A stretch of 64,000 bases of DNA from the NCBI GenBank assembly GCA_963785725.1, contig CAWAWS010000026.1, forward strand, positions 192,001-256,000. Reading direction: 5' to 3'. Under the pieces are notes generated by a model, which was not told the DNA's origin, made no database searches, and saw only the letters and a list, made by a program, of their open reading frames with translations. How positions within the stretch are numbered: position 1 is the first letter of the stretch; the number at the start of each line of letters is the position of its first letter. Shown here piece after piece: positions 11,906 through 21,209 of this stretch. The translations under genes were made by a program, and so were the position numbers. This DNA comes from an uncultured delta proteobacterium. Its GTDB lineage: Bacteria > Myxococcota_A > Polyangia > Palsa-1104.

Positions 11906-12931
11906 ATGGTTGATTCACCCGCCGACGCTTCGGCGGAGATCCTGATCGTCGATGACGACCCGGACGTGCGCGCCTTCGTGCGCGCCGTGCTCGAGTCCGA
12001 CGGGTACAAGGTCGTCGAAGCACAATCGGGCTCGGAAGCGATTCAGCGCCTGCGCATTCGCCGACCAGCGATGGTTCTCCTCGACGTCATGATGCCGGCG
12101 ATGGACGGCTTCGCGGCCGTGCACGCCATCAAGCGCGAGCCGGGCCCGTTCGTGCCGGTCATCTTGCTGACCGCGCTCGACGATCCGGCGTCGCGCGCCC
12201 GCGGCATCGCCGCCGGCGCCGACGAGATCCTGGCCAAGCCGGTCCACCCGTTCGAGCTGCGGCTGCGCTGTCGGGCGATGTTGCGCATCGGCCACCTGAC
12301 CGACCAGCTGCACGCCGCCAATCGCCGGCTGCGACAGCTGGCACGCACCGACGAGCTGACCCACGTGCGCAATCGCCGCGGCCTGCGCGCGGCGCTGGTG
12401 CGCGAGTTCCGGCGTGCCGAGCGCTACGGCGGCGCGTTGACGGTGCTGACCTTCGACGTCGATCGCTTCAAGGCCGTGAACGACAACCACGGTCACGCCG
12501 TCGGCGACCAAGTGCTGTTCGCGGTCGCGCAAGCGCTGAAGAGCGGGGTGCGCGAAGTCGACGTCGTCGGTCGCGTCGGCGGCGAAGAGTTCGTCGTGGT
12601 CGCGCCCGAGACGCCGGCGCGCGACGCCATCGCGCTCGCCGATCGCTTGCGCCGCTCGGTGTCCGAGAGCCCGATCATGACGGCCCACGGCGACCTCGTG
12701 CGCGTCACCGTCTCGGGCGGCGTGGCGACGCAGTCGCTGGTCGGTGCGCGCAGCGCCGAGGAGCTGCTCGGCGCCGCCGACGCGGCCCTCTATCGCGCCA
12801 AGGATCTCGGCCGCGACCGCTGCGAGCTGGCCGAGCCGATCCTGAAGGCGCCGAAGAAGCTTCCCTTGGCGGCGCAAGCGATCCTGCCGAAGCAGCTCAG
12901 CGACACGCAGCCGAATCCGATACTGGAGTAA
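11906..12931 (+). CDS. Response-regulator diguanylate cyclase (REC-GGDEF)
   Basis: ILIVDDD, LLDVMMPAMDG, KP, then TDELT, DVDRFK.VND, I-site REVD and GGEEF. Confidence 0.95.
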   Translation: MVDSPADASAEILIVDDDPDVRAFVRAVLESDGYKVVEAQSGSEAIQRLRIRRPAMVLLDVMMPAMDGFAAVHAIKREPGPFVPVILLTALDDPASRARGIAAGADEILAKPVHPFELRLRCRAMLRIGHLTDQLHAANRRLRQLARTDELTHVRNRRGLRAALVREFRRAERYGGALTVLTFDVDRFKAVNDNHGHAVGDQVLFAVAQALKSGVREVDVVGRVGGEEFVVVAPETPARDAIALADRLRRSVSESPIMTAHGDLVRVTVSGGVATQSLVGARSAEELLGAADAALYRAKDLGRDRCELAEPILKAPKKLPLAAQAILPKQLSDTQPNPILE

Positions 12932-12991
12932 GCGCCGGGAGTAGACGCAGACGTGGCGCTCGCTCGTCGAGGGAGCGGCGCCGAACGCGGG

Positions 12992-13831
12992 TTACGTGAG
13001 CGCGGTCTCGGCGACCTTCAAGTCGTGCGACACGGCCAGCAGCGATCGGTCGGGCACTTCGGTGAACTTCAGATCCGCCGCCGGCGCTTCCGGCAGCGCC
13101 GCCACGATGAGCACGCTGCGCAAGTGGTCGTGATCGACGCGCTTGTCGCGCGGCGGCGGCTCGTGGCACACCGCGCAATCATGCAGCGACTGCCGCTGCT
13201 GTAAGTAGACCGGCGCGCCATGTCGCGTCGCCACGAGCACGCGGCCGTTGGTGAGCGCGAGCGCACACTCCATCGCATCCGCCGCCGCTTTGCCGACGAC
13301 TTGTCGCACCTTGGCCACCGACGTCTGCACCGCGTCGCGCACCAGCGTCGTCGACACGTTCTGATCGTCGAGCTTCGTCTCGGCGTGCAAGAACGCCAGC
13401 ATCATGTGGAACAGATGCTCGGAGTCGGTCTGCCCGCGAATGTTGCGCCGCAAAAAGTCGGGCACTTCGCTGACCAGCTCGTCTTTGACGTTCTCGAAGT
13501 TGGGGATCGTCCCGTGATGCGCGAACAGCCACGAGCGAAAGCGAAACGGATGCGTGTTTTCGTTCTTGGGCTGCCCGATGGTTCCCGCGCGCACGTGGCC
13601 GACGATGACGTCGGTGCGCAGGTCGCGCGTCAGCGCGTAGAAGTCGACCGGCTCGGCCGGCGGCTTCGGCCGTCGCTGCAGGAGCACTTCGCCGCCTTGG
13701 TAGAAGCCGAGGCCCCAGGCGTCGAACGTCGCGGCCGCGGCCGCGTCAGCGACGAGCAGTTGGCGCGCCGGATAGAGCGCACACTTGACGCGATCTTGAT
13801 CATTCCCGACGTAGGCGAACAGGCGGCTCAT
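12992..13831 (-). CDS. Class II glutamine amidotransferase-like protein (YafJ/EgtC type) with Ser in place of the N-terminal Cys
   Basis: WGLGFY, GHVRAGT.G, ENTHPF, WLFAHHG, GQTDSE. Starts MSRLFAY. Confidence 0.85.
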   Translation of the reverse strand: MSRLFAYVGNDQDRVKCALYPARQLLVADAAAAATFDAWGLGFYQGGEVLLQRRPKPPAEPVDFYALTRDLRTDVIVGHVRAGTIGQPKNENTHPFRFRSWLFAHHGTIPNFENVKDELVSEVPDFLRRNIRGQTDSEHLFHMMLAFLHAETKLDDQNVSTTLVRDAVQTSVAKVRQVVGKAAADAMECALALTNGRVLVATRHGAPVYLQQRQSLHDCAVCHEPPPRDKRVDHDHLRSVLIVAALPEAPAADLKFTEVPDRSLLAVSHDLKVAETALT

Positions 13832-13977
13832 CCGAACCTCCATGCACCTCGACCGTCTCGTCGTTGCCGACGACGCAATTCCCGAGATGGTCGGATTCAA
13901 ATCAAGGAGCGAAAAGACACTGCGCAGTCACACCCGTGAACGCAGGCGGTCTTCGTCCATTGAAATATAGCCGCCGC

Positions 13978-14829
13978 TCAGCCGACGCGCAACTTTCCGT
14001 CGTCGGCGCCCGCATGCGCTCGCAACCATTCGGCGATCTCTTGCACCGTCTTTTTGCGGTCGGCCGGCAGCTCGTTCAGGACCTCGTGGCGCTGGCCGTC
14101 GAGCAGATGGAAGGTCTTGTCGCGCGGGCCGAAGCGATCGAAGACGACTTTGGCCTGTTTGGGCGACGCGATGCCGTCGGCGCCGCCGGCGATCATCAGC
14201 ACCGGCACCGTCAGCTGCGGCGCACGCGCCTCCAAGTCGACCTGCGCCGCCGAGGCCTCGGTGAACCAGCGCGCCGTCGCGTTCTTGTTGTTCAAGGGAT
14301 CGCTGTCGTAGAGCGCCTGAATCTCCGGATCGCGCGAGACGTCGACGCCTTTGAGCCCGCTCGGCAGCGCCAGCGACGGATAGATCTTCGACGCGATCTT
14401 GCCCGCGAGCACTTTGGCCGCCGGCACCCCCAGCGCCAACCCGAAGAACGGCGACGTCAGCGCCAGACCGGTGAGCCCGTCCGGATGCGCCAGCGCCCAC
14501 TGCGACGCGATGAGCCCGCCGAACGAATGGCCGAGCAAAAAGAGCGGCAGGTTTTCGCCGCGCGCGCGCACGACTTCGGCGTCCAAGTCCTCGAGATATT
14601 CGCCGAAGCGCTTGCAGTGGCCGCGCACGCCGCCGGACTGGCCGTGGCCGCGTAAGTCGAAGCCACGCACGGTGAATCCGGCGTCGCCGAGCGCCCGCGC
14701 CGTGGCGTCGTAGCGGCCGATGTGCTCGCCGTAGCCGTGCACGATGACGACCACCGCGTGCGGCTGCCCTTGCGCCGGCCAAGCCCGTTCGTGGAGCTGA
14801 GTTCCGTCGCGCGACTGGAAGAAGCTCAT
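13978..14829 (-). CDS. Alpha/beta hydrolase, lysophospholipase/monoglyceride lipase family
   Basis: VHGYGEHIGRY, FDLRGHGQS, GHSFGG, G.RHEVLNE. Confidence 0.92.
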   Translation of the reverse strand: MSFFQSRDGTQLHERAWPAQGQPHAVVVIVHGYGEHIGRYDATARALGDAGFTVRGFDLRGHGQSGGVRGHCKRFGEYLEDLDAEVVRARGENLPLFLLGHSFGGLIASQWALAHPDGLTGLALTSPFFGLALGVPAAKVLAGKIASKIYPSLALPSGLKGVDVSRDPEIQALYDSDPLNNKNATARWFTEASAAQVDLEARAPQLTVPVLMIAGGADGIASPKQAKVVFDRFGPRDKTFHLLDGQRHEVLNELPADRKKTVQEIAEWLRAHAGADDGKLRVG

Positions 14830-14851
14830 GATTACTTGTATACCACGCGCG

Positions 14852-15487
14852 ATGAAGCTGTATGAGATCTACACCAGCATCCAAGGCGAGACGCATTACG
14901 CCGGCTTGCCTTGCACGCTCGTGCGTTTCGCGGCCTGCGATCTGCGCTGCACTTACTGCGACACCGAGTACGCGTTCACCGGCGGGCAAGAGGTCAGCCT
15001 CGCCAACATCGTCGCCGACGTCGAGTCGCGCGGCGTGCCGCTGGTGCTGTTGACCGGCGGCGAGCCGCTCTTGCAGCCGGAATTGCCGGCGCTGTGCTCG
15101 GAGCTCCTGTCGCGCGGCTTCGAGGTCATGATCGAGACCGGCGGCCATCGCGACGTGTCGAAGCTGCCGGCGGGCGTCGTGCTCATCGTCGACGTCAAGA
15201 CGCCGGGCTCGGGCGAGAGCGAGAAGATGCACTGGGCCAACTTGGAGCGCCTCGGCCCGCGCGACGCCGTCAAGTTCGTCGTCTGCAGCGAGTCGGACTA
15301 CGAGTGGGCGCGCGAGCTCATCACGTCGCGCGCGCTCGGCGGTCGCTGCAACGTGCTCCTGTCGCCGTCGTTCGGTCAGGTGGCGCCTCAGCTGCTCGTC
15401 GAGTGGATGCTGCGCGACAAGGTGCCGGCGCGCTTGAACCTGCAGATCCACAAGTACGTCTGGCCGCCCGAGCAGCGCGGCGTTTAA
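14852..15487 (+). CDS. queE: 7-carboxy-7-deazaguanine synthase QueE (radical SAM)
   Basis: SIQGE, CDLRCTYCDT, LTGGEPLLQ, IETGG, DVKTPGSG, LQIHK. Confidence 0.9.
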   Translation: MKLYEIYTSIQGETHYAGLPCTLVRFAACDLRCTYCDTEYAFTGGQEVSLANIVADVESRGVPLVLLTGGEPLLQPELPALCSELLSRGFEVMIETGGHRDVSKLPAGVVLIVDVKTPGSGESEKMHWANLERLGPRDAVKFVVCSESDYEWARELITSRALGGRCNVLLSPSFGQVAPQLLVEWMLRDKVPARLNLQIHKYVWPPEQRGV

Positions 15488-15696
15488 ACGCGCACGAAAT
15501 AGCGCACCGGACGGCGTGCGAGACGCAACCCGTGACCGCGATCACGAGAACGAGCCAAGGCGCATACGCCCGGGAACGTAGCACGCGACCAAATGCTCAA
15601 ACGTGAGCGGCCTCACCGCGCGCAAGAAGTGAACAGCGCGCAGCCATTGGGCTTTGCAGGCAACGCGCGAGTGTGAGCGCCCTATCATTTCAGGGG

Positions 15697-15726
15697 TTGA
15701 CACGTCGCCGATGTGGGTGTTACGGT
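15697..15726 (+). promoter_or_regulatory. Candidate sigma70 promoter for the TPR lipoprotein gene
   Basis: TTGACA (15697-15702), 18-nt spacer, TACGGT (15721-15726). Confidence 0.45.
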
Positions 15727-15738
15727 TTCGTTGCTAAG

Positions 15739-16572
15739 TTGCCGAAAGTATTGGGACAGACGCTTCGGGTTGGATGTGTGGCGCTCTGCGTCGTGCTTGG
15801 CTGTGCTACGCCGCATACCCGAGTCGACCCCGATGCGTCCTACAAGCGGTACCTGCTCGGCGCCGACTATTTCAACAAAGGTCTGGTCGGTCCGGCGCTG
15901 GAGGAGCTGTTGAAGGCGGTCGAGCTCAATCCCGACAATCCCGATGCCCATAACCTCTTGGGGCTCGTGTTTCTGCGCAAAGGCGCGGAATCGGAGGAGC
16001 TTTCGATCCGCAACCAGTGCTTGAAGGGTGAAGAGCTAAAGCTCGAGAAACAAGAGGGAGACGGGCAGTTCAAGAAGGCCGAGGAGCAGTTCGCCAAGGC
16101 CATCGCGCTCAAGGCCGATTTCTCGGAAGCGCGAAACAATCTGGCCGTCGTCATGATCCATTTCGGGCGCTACGAAGAGGCGGCGCAGCTCGAGGAAAAG
16201 GCGGTCTCCAACATCGTCTATCACGAGCCGTTCGTGGCCCAAGGCAACCTCGGCTGGGCCTATCTCGAGAAGCACGACTATGCGCGGGCGGCCAAGGCGC
16301 TGCGGCAGGCGCTGTTCGAGCAGCCCAAGTTTTGCGTCGGTCGTTACCGGCTGGCGAAGGTCTACTACGAGACGCAGGAGTGGGAGCGCGCGAGCGACGA
16401 GCTGGAGCAGGTCGTCGGCGACAAGGCGTGCCCGATTCAAGAGGCTTATCAGCTCGCCGGACTGGTGGCATTGCGGCGCGAGCAGCGCGACAAGGCGAAG
16501 GCGCTGTTTGCCCGCTGCGTCGAGCTGGCGCCGCGCAGCTGCCTGGCCGCCGAGTGCAAATTGGCGCAGTGA
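15739..16572 (+). CDS. tgl: TPR lipoprotein, Tgl/PilF-PilW (type IV pilus secretin pilotin) family
   Basis: Lipobox VLG-C; TPRs (DAHNLLGLV, EARNNLAV, AQGNLGWAY); Cys pattern PKFCVG..CP..C..C; followed by an HTH gene and recO, an order I recall from myxobacteria. Start uncertain (ORF track gives 15673). Confidence 0.72.
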   Translation: MPKVLGQTLRVGCVALCVVLGCATPHTRVDPDASYKRYLLGADYFNKGLVGPALEELLKAVELNPDNPDAHNLLGLVFLRKGAESEELSIRNQCLKGEELKLEKQEGDGQFKKAEEQFAKAIALKADFSEARNNLAVVMIHFGRYEEAAQLEEKAVSNIVYHEPFVAQGNLGWAYLEKHDYARAAKALRQALFEQPKFCVGRYRLAKVYYETQEWERASDELEQVVGDKACPIQEAYQLAGLVALRREQRDKAKALFARCVELAPRSCLAAECKLAQ

Positions 16573-16591
16573 GTGAGCGCGGAATAGACTA

Positions 16592-17056
16592 ATGAGGCAG
16601 GAAGCGACGGAATCTACGATGGACCTCGAGCACTTCGGCACGTTCTTGCGCAAGCAGCGCGAGGCGCGTGGGCTTTCGCTCACGGAGCTCAGCCGTGCGA
16701 CGAAGATAAAAGAGTCCAATCTCGTCGCGCTGGAAGACGCGCGGCTCGACGCGCTGCCGGCGCGCGTGTTCGTCGTCGGCTACGTCGGCGCGTATGCGCG
16801 CGCGGTCGGCGCCGACGTCGGCGAGGCGATGGCGCGCCTCGAGTTGGTGTCGCCGGCGTGCATGATCGAGATCGGCGAGTGCATGCCCAAAGTCGTCGCC
16901 CGCGCGCCGCAGGCCTACGACGAGACGAGCGGCGGCCTGCACGAGCGGCGCCGCGTCGGCGTGGCGCTCGTCGTGTTCTTGCTGCTGATCGTCGCGACGC
17001 TGACGCTGTCGCTGCTCCTGCGCCACGGCGGCCACGTCGGCGGCCCGCTGTCGTAA
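16592..17056 (+). CDS. RodZ-like HTH protein with C-terminal TM helix
   Basis: FGTFLRKQREARGLSLTELSRATKI..LP.RVFVVGYV.AYA, plus a hydrophobic C-terminal helix. Confidence 0.85.
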   Translation: MRQEATESTMDLEHFGTFLRKQREARGLSLTELSRATKIKESNLVALEDARLDALPARVFVVGYVGAYARAVGADVGEAMARLELVSPACMIEIGECMPKVVARAPQAYDETSGGLHERRRVGVALVVFLLLIVATLTLSLLLRHGGHVGGPLS

Positions 17057-17080
17057 CTGAAGCTAATTCGAGCTAATCGA

Positions 17081-17196
17081 GCGCGCAAAGCGCGCGTCGG
17101 CCGGAGTCCGGCCGCGGGAGGATCAACTGGCTTTGCCAGTTGAGGTGCGCTTGCGCCCTGTCGATCGAAGCGTAAATCAGCGGTGCTGATTTACGC
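17081..17196. repeat. Cluster of four perfect hairpins between convergent genes (REP-like or terminator)
   Basis: GCGCGC-aaa-GCGCGC; CGGCCGGA-g-TCCGGCCG; TCAACTGGC-ttt-GCCAGTTGA; GCGTAAATCAGC-ggt-GCTGATTTACGC. Confidence 0.7.
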
Positions 17197-17739
17197 CGCG
17201 CGATAGAGCTGGTTGAAGTCGCTCTTCAGGACGGCGAGCACCAGCCGCTCCGAGAGCTCTTCGAGCGTGAACTCGATGCGCTTGAAGTCGATGGTCATGC
17301 GCAGCTGGACCTTGCCGTCTTTGGCGTAGCCTTCGACGCGCAAGAGGAAGCGCCGCAGGTTCTCGCCGACGCCGACTTGTCCCGCGCCTTCGATGATGAA
17401 GACGTCGGGCTTGCCGCTGCGGCCCATCGCGTTCAAGGCCAGCGTCAGCTCGCCACCGACGCGGCTGAAGGTGCAGCTGAAGTCGCCGTTCAAGTTGGTG
17501 TCGCGCGCCGCCAGCGCCACCGACTCGCGCCACACGAGGCGCTTCTGCGGATCGGCCGCCGAGTTGAAGCGCCGCACGTTCTCGCGCAAGAGGCCGCACA
17601 GCTCGAAGAAGCGCTCGGGCATCTCCTTGGCGACTTTGCCCGAGAGCTCGACGCGCTCGTTCATGGCTCGGGCGCGCTCGCGCTCGGCGTCCGCTTCGCG
17701 ACGAGCGACGTCCTCGATCGTCTCGCGTTTCTCCCCCAT
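17191..17739 (-). CDS. Hypothetical protein
   Basis: 182-aa ORF with protein-like composition, divergent from recO; no motif recognised. Confidence 0.7.
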   Translation of the reverse strand: MGEKRETIEDVARREADAERERARAMNERVELSGKVAKEMPERFFELCGLLRENVRRFNSAADPQKRLVWRESVALAARDTNLNGDFSCTFSRVGGELTLALNAMGRSGKPDVFIIEGAGQVGVGENLRRFLLRVEGYAKDGKVQLRMTIDFKRIEFTLEELSERLVLAVLKSDFNQLYRAA

Positions 17740-17785
17740 GGCTTAGTGGTATCACGAACGGAAAACTGAGGTAAGCTCAGCGGCC

Positions 17786-18538
17786 ATGCGTCTGGTCACG
17801 CCGGCGATCGTGCTGCGCACCGTCGACTACGGCGACTCCGATCGGATCGTGACCCTGTTCACGCGCGACGCCGGCAAGCTCTCGGCCTTGGCACGCGGCG
17901 CCCGCAAGAGCGTCAAGCGCTTCGGCGCCGGCCTCGGCCTCTTTGGCGTCGGCGAGGCCATTTTGATCGACAAGCCGAACGCCGAGCTGTCGGGGCTCGA
18001 GCGCTTCGACGGCGCGCGCGGCTTTCCGTCGCTGATGCTCGACGTCGCCAAGGTCGCGCACGGCAGCTACGCCTGCGAAGTGGTGCGCGAGCTGATTCCG
18101 CAACGCCATCCCGAGCCCGACGTGTTCGAGCTGCTCATCGACTTCTTCACGCTCTTGGAAGGCGCGCCGGCACGCGCGGAGACGCTGCGCATCTTCGAGC
18201 TGACGTTGCTCGACATGTTGGGGCTGCGGCCGCAGATCGAGCGCTGCGTCGGCTGCGAGACCGAAGCTCTGGGCGCGCCCGGCGACGTGCTCGACGTGCG
18301 CCGCGGCGGCGTCGTCTGCGCCGGCTGCCACGGCCACGGCCGCGCCATCGGCGACGACGTGCGTCGCGCGCTCGTCGAGGCGCAGGCGCGCATGCTGTCG
18401 GAAGCGCCCGCGTTCGTGCTGTCGCCGGCGGTCAACGCCGGCTGTCGCGAGCTGTTGGCGGCGATCATCTTGGATCACGTGGGGCGGCCGCTGAAGTCGC
18501 TCGAGTTCATCAACAAGCTCAACCACGCCGGCGCCTGA
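17786..18538 (+). CDS. recO: DNA repair protein RecO
   Basis: AIVLRTVDYGDSDRIVTLFTRDAGKLSALARGARKS; Zn finger CVGC..GGVVCAGC; C-terminal LKSLEF. Confidence 0.95.
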   Translation: MRLVTPAIVLRTVDYGDSDRIVTLFTRDAGKLSALARGARKSVKRFGAGLGLFGVGEAILIDKPNAELSGLERFDGARGFPSLMLDVAKVAHGSYACEVVRELIPQRHPEPDVFELLIDFFTLLEGAPARAETLRIFELTLLDMLGLRPQIERCVGCETEALGAPGDVLDVRRGGVVCAGCHGHGRAIGDDVRRALVEAQARMLSEAPAFVLSPAVNAGCRELLAAIILDHVGRPLKSLEFINKLNHAGA

Positions 18539-18541
18539 CCG

Positions 18542-19498
18542 ATGACGACGCGCGATCTCGACGTCTTGTGCTTCGGTGAGGCGCTCGTCGACTTCTTTCC
18601 CGAGCGGCCGGGCTTGGTGCTAGAGGAATGCGAGGTCTTTCATCGGCACCTCGGCGGCGCGCCGGCCAACGTCGCGGTCGGCCTGGCGCGGCTCGGTGCG
18701 CGCGCCGGCCTGATGACGCTCGTCGGCAACGACGCGTTCGGCCGCTTCGTGCGCGATCGGCTGGCGCAAGAAGGCGTCGACGTGCAAGGCGTCGGCGTGC
18801 ATCGCACGGCGCGCACCGGCGTCACCTTCGTCAGCGTCGGCGCGCACGGCGAGCGCAGCTTCCTCTTCTTTCGCCATCCGTCGGCCGATCAGACGATCGC
18901 GATCCACGACGTGAACGAGGCGATCATCGCGCGCACGCGGGTCTTGCACGTCGGATCGTCGACGCTGGCGCGCGAGCCGTCACGCGCCGCGACGCTGCAG
19001 GCGATCGCGCTGGCGAAGCGTCACGGCTGCCTCGTCTCGACCGATCCCAACTGGCGGCCGCATTTGTGGGAGAACCCGGCGGAAGCGGCGCCGATGCTGC
19101 GCACGCTCGTCGCGCAGTGTGACGTCGTCAAGATCAGCGACGACGAGCTGGCGCCGCTGACGGGCGTCGACGATCCGGAAGCGGGCGCGGCGCAGCTGCG
19201 GGCGCTCGGCTGTCCGCTCGTCGTCGTGACGCTGGGCGCGCGCGGCTGTTACGTCGCGTCGGCCGCCGGCGGCGAGTGGCTGCCGGGCGAGCGCGTCGCG
19301 GTCGTCGACACGACCGGCGCCGGTGACGGCTTCGTGGCTGGCCTGTTGGTGACGCTGGCGCCCCTCTTCGCCGGCGGTCGCACGCCGGCCGATTTGACGC
19401 GCGACGAGATCCGCAACGCCTGTCGCCGCGGGAATGAAGTCGGCGCCGCCGTCGTTACCAAGCTGGGCGCCACGACCGGTTTGCCCGCGCGCTCGTGA
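18542..19498 (+). CDS. PfkB family carbohydrate kinase
   Basis: GEALVD, GGAPANVAVGLARLG, DPNWR, VVDTTGAGDGF. Confidence 0.93.
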   Translation: MTTRDLDVLCFGEALVDFFPERPGLVLEECEVFHRHLGGAPANVAVGLARLGARAGLMTLVGNDAFGRFVRDRLAQEGVDVQGVGVHRTARTGVTFVSVGAHGERSFLFFRHPSADQTIAIHDVNEAIIARTRVLHVGSSTLAREPSRAATLQAIALAKRHGCLVSTDPNWRPHLWENPAEAAPMLRTLVAQCDVVKISDDELAPLTGVDDPEAGAAQLRALGCPLVVVTLGARGCYVASAAGGEWLPGERVAVVDTTGAGDGFVAGLLVTLAPLFAGGRTPADLTRDEIRNACRRGNEVGAAVVTKLGATTGLPARS

Positions 19499-19519
19499 TT
19501 TCGTGCTACAGCGTCGTGC

Positions 19520-19771
19520 GTGAATCATCGTGAGCAGCTCCAAGAGCTGAACCTGGCGCTGGAAGGCGCGGTCGAGCAGCTGTCGCGCGCGCACGCCAAC
19601 GCCGTCGACGCGCCCGCGGCGCCCGAACCGGCGACGCCCGAGTCGTTGGCGACGTTGGCCACAATCGAACGCTTGCTCGGCGAGCTCAGCGTGCTACGAA
19701 ACAGCGTTCGCGAGCGTCTCATGAAGGAGCTGAGCAAGCCGACAGCTCCAACGATGACCATATTGAAGTGA
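19520..19771 (+). CDS. Small helical hypothetical protein
   Basis: 83-aa ORF packed between pfkB and the next gene (1-bp gap). Confidence 0.6.
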   Translation: MNHREQLQELNLALEGAVEQLSRAHANAVDAPAAPEPATPESLATLATIERLLGELSVLRNSVRERLMKELSKPTAPTMTILK

Positions 19772-19772
19772 C

Positions 19773-21209
19773 ATGGCCGCCCAATCGAAATTCAAGACCC
19801 AGGTCAAAGTAGAGGATCCGCGCGCGCGCGATCGGCTGTTCGACGCGCTCAAAGAGCGGGCGCGCGGCCGCACCGAGATGGTCAAGGTGACCCAGGCCGA
19901 TGCCGTGGCGTTGACCGGCATGCCGAGCGAGCAGGCCGAGCCGGCGCTGAAGTCGCTCGTCGGCACCTATCGCAGCCACCTGGCGGTAACCGAAGAGGGC
20001 GAGCTCGTCTACGAGTTCGATCCGTCGCTCGAGCGGCGCGACAAGGTGCCGCTGTCCGAGCGGCTGCGCAAAGTCGGCGAGGTCGCCTGGCAGGGCTTTC
20101 AGCTGTTCTTCAAGCTGGCCATCGTCGTGACGTTGATCGCGTACGTCGTCGCGTTCGTGGCCATGGCCGTGTCGCTGATGGTGGCCAAGCAGGGCAACGA
20201 CCGCGACGATCGCCGTGGCGGCGGCGGCGGGGGAATTCCCTGGATTTGGTTCTGGCTGATGCCCGATTTGGCGCCGCCCGGCTACTACCGCGACGGTTAC
20301 GGGCGGCCGATTCGGCAGGCGCCCAAGTCGCAAAAGCGCTTCTACAACTCGGTGTTCGACTTCGTCTTCGGTCCGAAGGTGGCGCCGGTCGACGCGCGCG
20401 CCGAGGACAAGCAGCTGCTGGCGTTCTTGCGCGCGAACAAGGGGCGCATGACGGCGGCGGAGCTGAGCGCGCTCGGGGGCACGTCGCTGGCCGGCGCCGA
20501 AGAAGAGCTGACGCGCTTGATGATCGAGTATGACGGCGAAGTCGAAGTCGCCGATGACGGCACGCTCTTGTACGTGTTCGAGACGCTGCGGCCGAGCGCG
20601 CAGCTCGAGAGCGGTCGCATGCCGACGTGGGCGTGGTCGTGGGATCAGCCGGATCCGCTGCCGTCGCTGACCGGCAATACGCCGGGCGCGAACGCGGCCA
20701 CGGCCGGCTTCTCGGCCTTCAACCTGCTGGCGTCGCTGACGATCGGGCCGGCCTTCTTGGCGCGCTTTCGGCTCACCGACGATCCGGTGGCGACGTTCTT
20801 CGTGACGCTGTTTCCGCTGCTGTTCTCGGCGGTCTTCTTCGCGGTGCCGGCGGCGCGTTGGCTGGTGCGGCAGCGCAAGCTCAAGACGCGCGAGAAGCGG
20901 CAGCTGCGAAGGGCGCTCATGCGCGAAATTTGGTCGGCGCCGGCGACTCCGCGCGATCCCGACGAGCTGGCGACGCTGGCTGCGGCCGCGACGGGCCTGC
21001 CGCAGGCGAACGCGCGCGCCATGGTCGAGGGGCTCCTGAAGGAGCTCGAAGGCGACGTCACGACTGACGCCAACGGCAAGCCGCAGTATGTGTTCCCGCG
21101 GCTCGACGAGGAGCAGCGCGCGGTGACGAAGGCGCGCGCCGAGGCGCCCGATCGGCGCTTGGGCGAGGTGATCTTCTCGTCGGACGACAAGGAGCCGGTG
21201 CGTGGCTGA
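19773..21209 (+). CDS. Uncharacterised membrane protein with three repeated G-x-V-x-x-G-x-x-Y-x-F modules
   Basis: HLAVTEEGELVYEF, GEVEVADDGTLLYVF and GDVTTDANGKPQYVFP separated by TM segments; FYNSVFDFVFG. Confidence 0.78.
   Translation: MAAQSKFKTQVKVEDPRARDRLFDALKERARGRTEMVKVTQADAVALTGMPSEQAEPALKSLVGTYRSHLAVTEEGELVYEFDPSLERRDKVPLSERLRKVGEVAWQGFQLFFKLAIVVTLIAYVVAFVAMAVSLMVAKQGNDRDDRRGGGGGGIPWIWFWLMPDLAPPGYYRDGYGRPIRQAPKSQKRFYNSVFDFVFGPKVAPVDARAEDKQLLAFLRANKGRMTAAELSALGGTSLAGAEEELTRLMIEYDGEVEVADDGTLLYVFETLRPSAQLESGRMPTWAWSWDQPDPLPSLTGNTPGANAATAGFSAFNLLASLTIGPAFLARFRLTDDPVATFFVTLFPLLFSAVFFAVPAARWLVRQRKLKTREKRQLRRALMREIWSAPATPRDPDELATLAAAATGLPQANARAMVEGLLKELEGDVTTDANGKPQYVFPRLDEEQRAVTKARAEAPDRRLGEVIFSSDDKEPVRG

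Noticed and set aside
14852..15487. queE as part of a 7-deazaguanine DNA-modification (dpd) system
   Set aside because: No dpdA/tgt-like or other dpd genes nearby; the context is housekeeping. No preQ1 riboswitch is evident in the very short leader.
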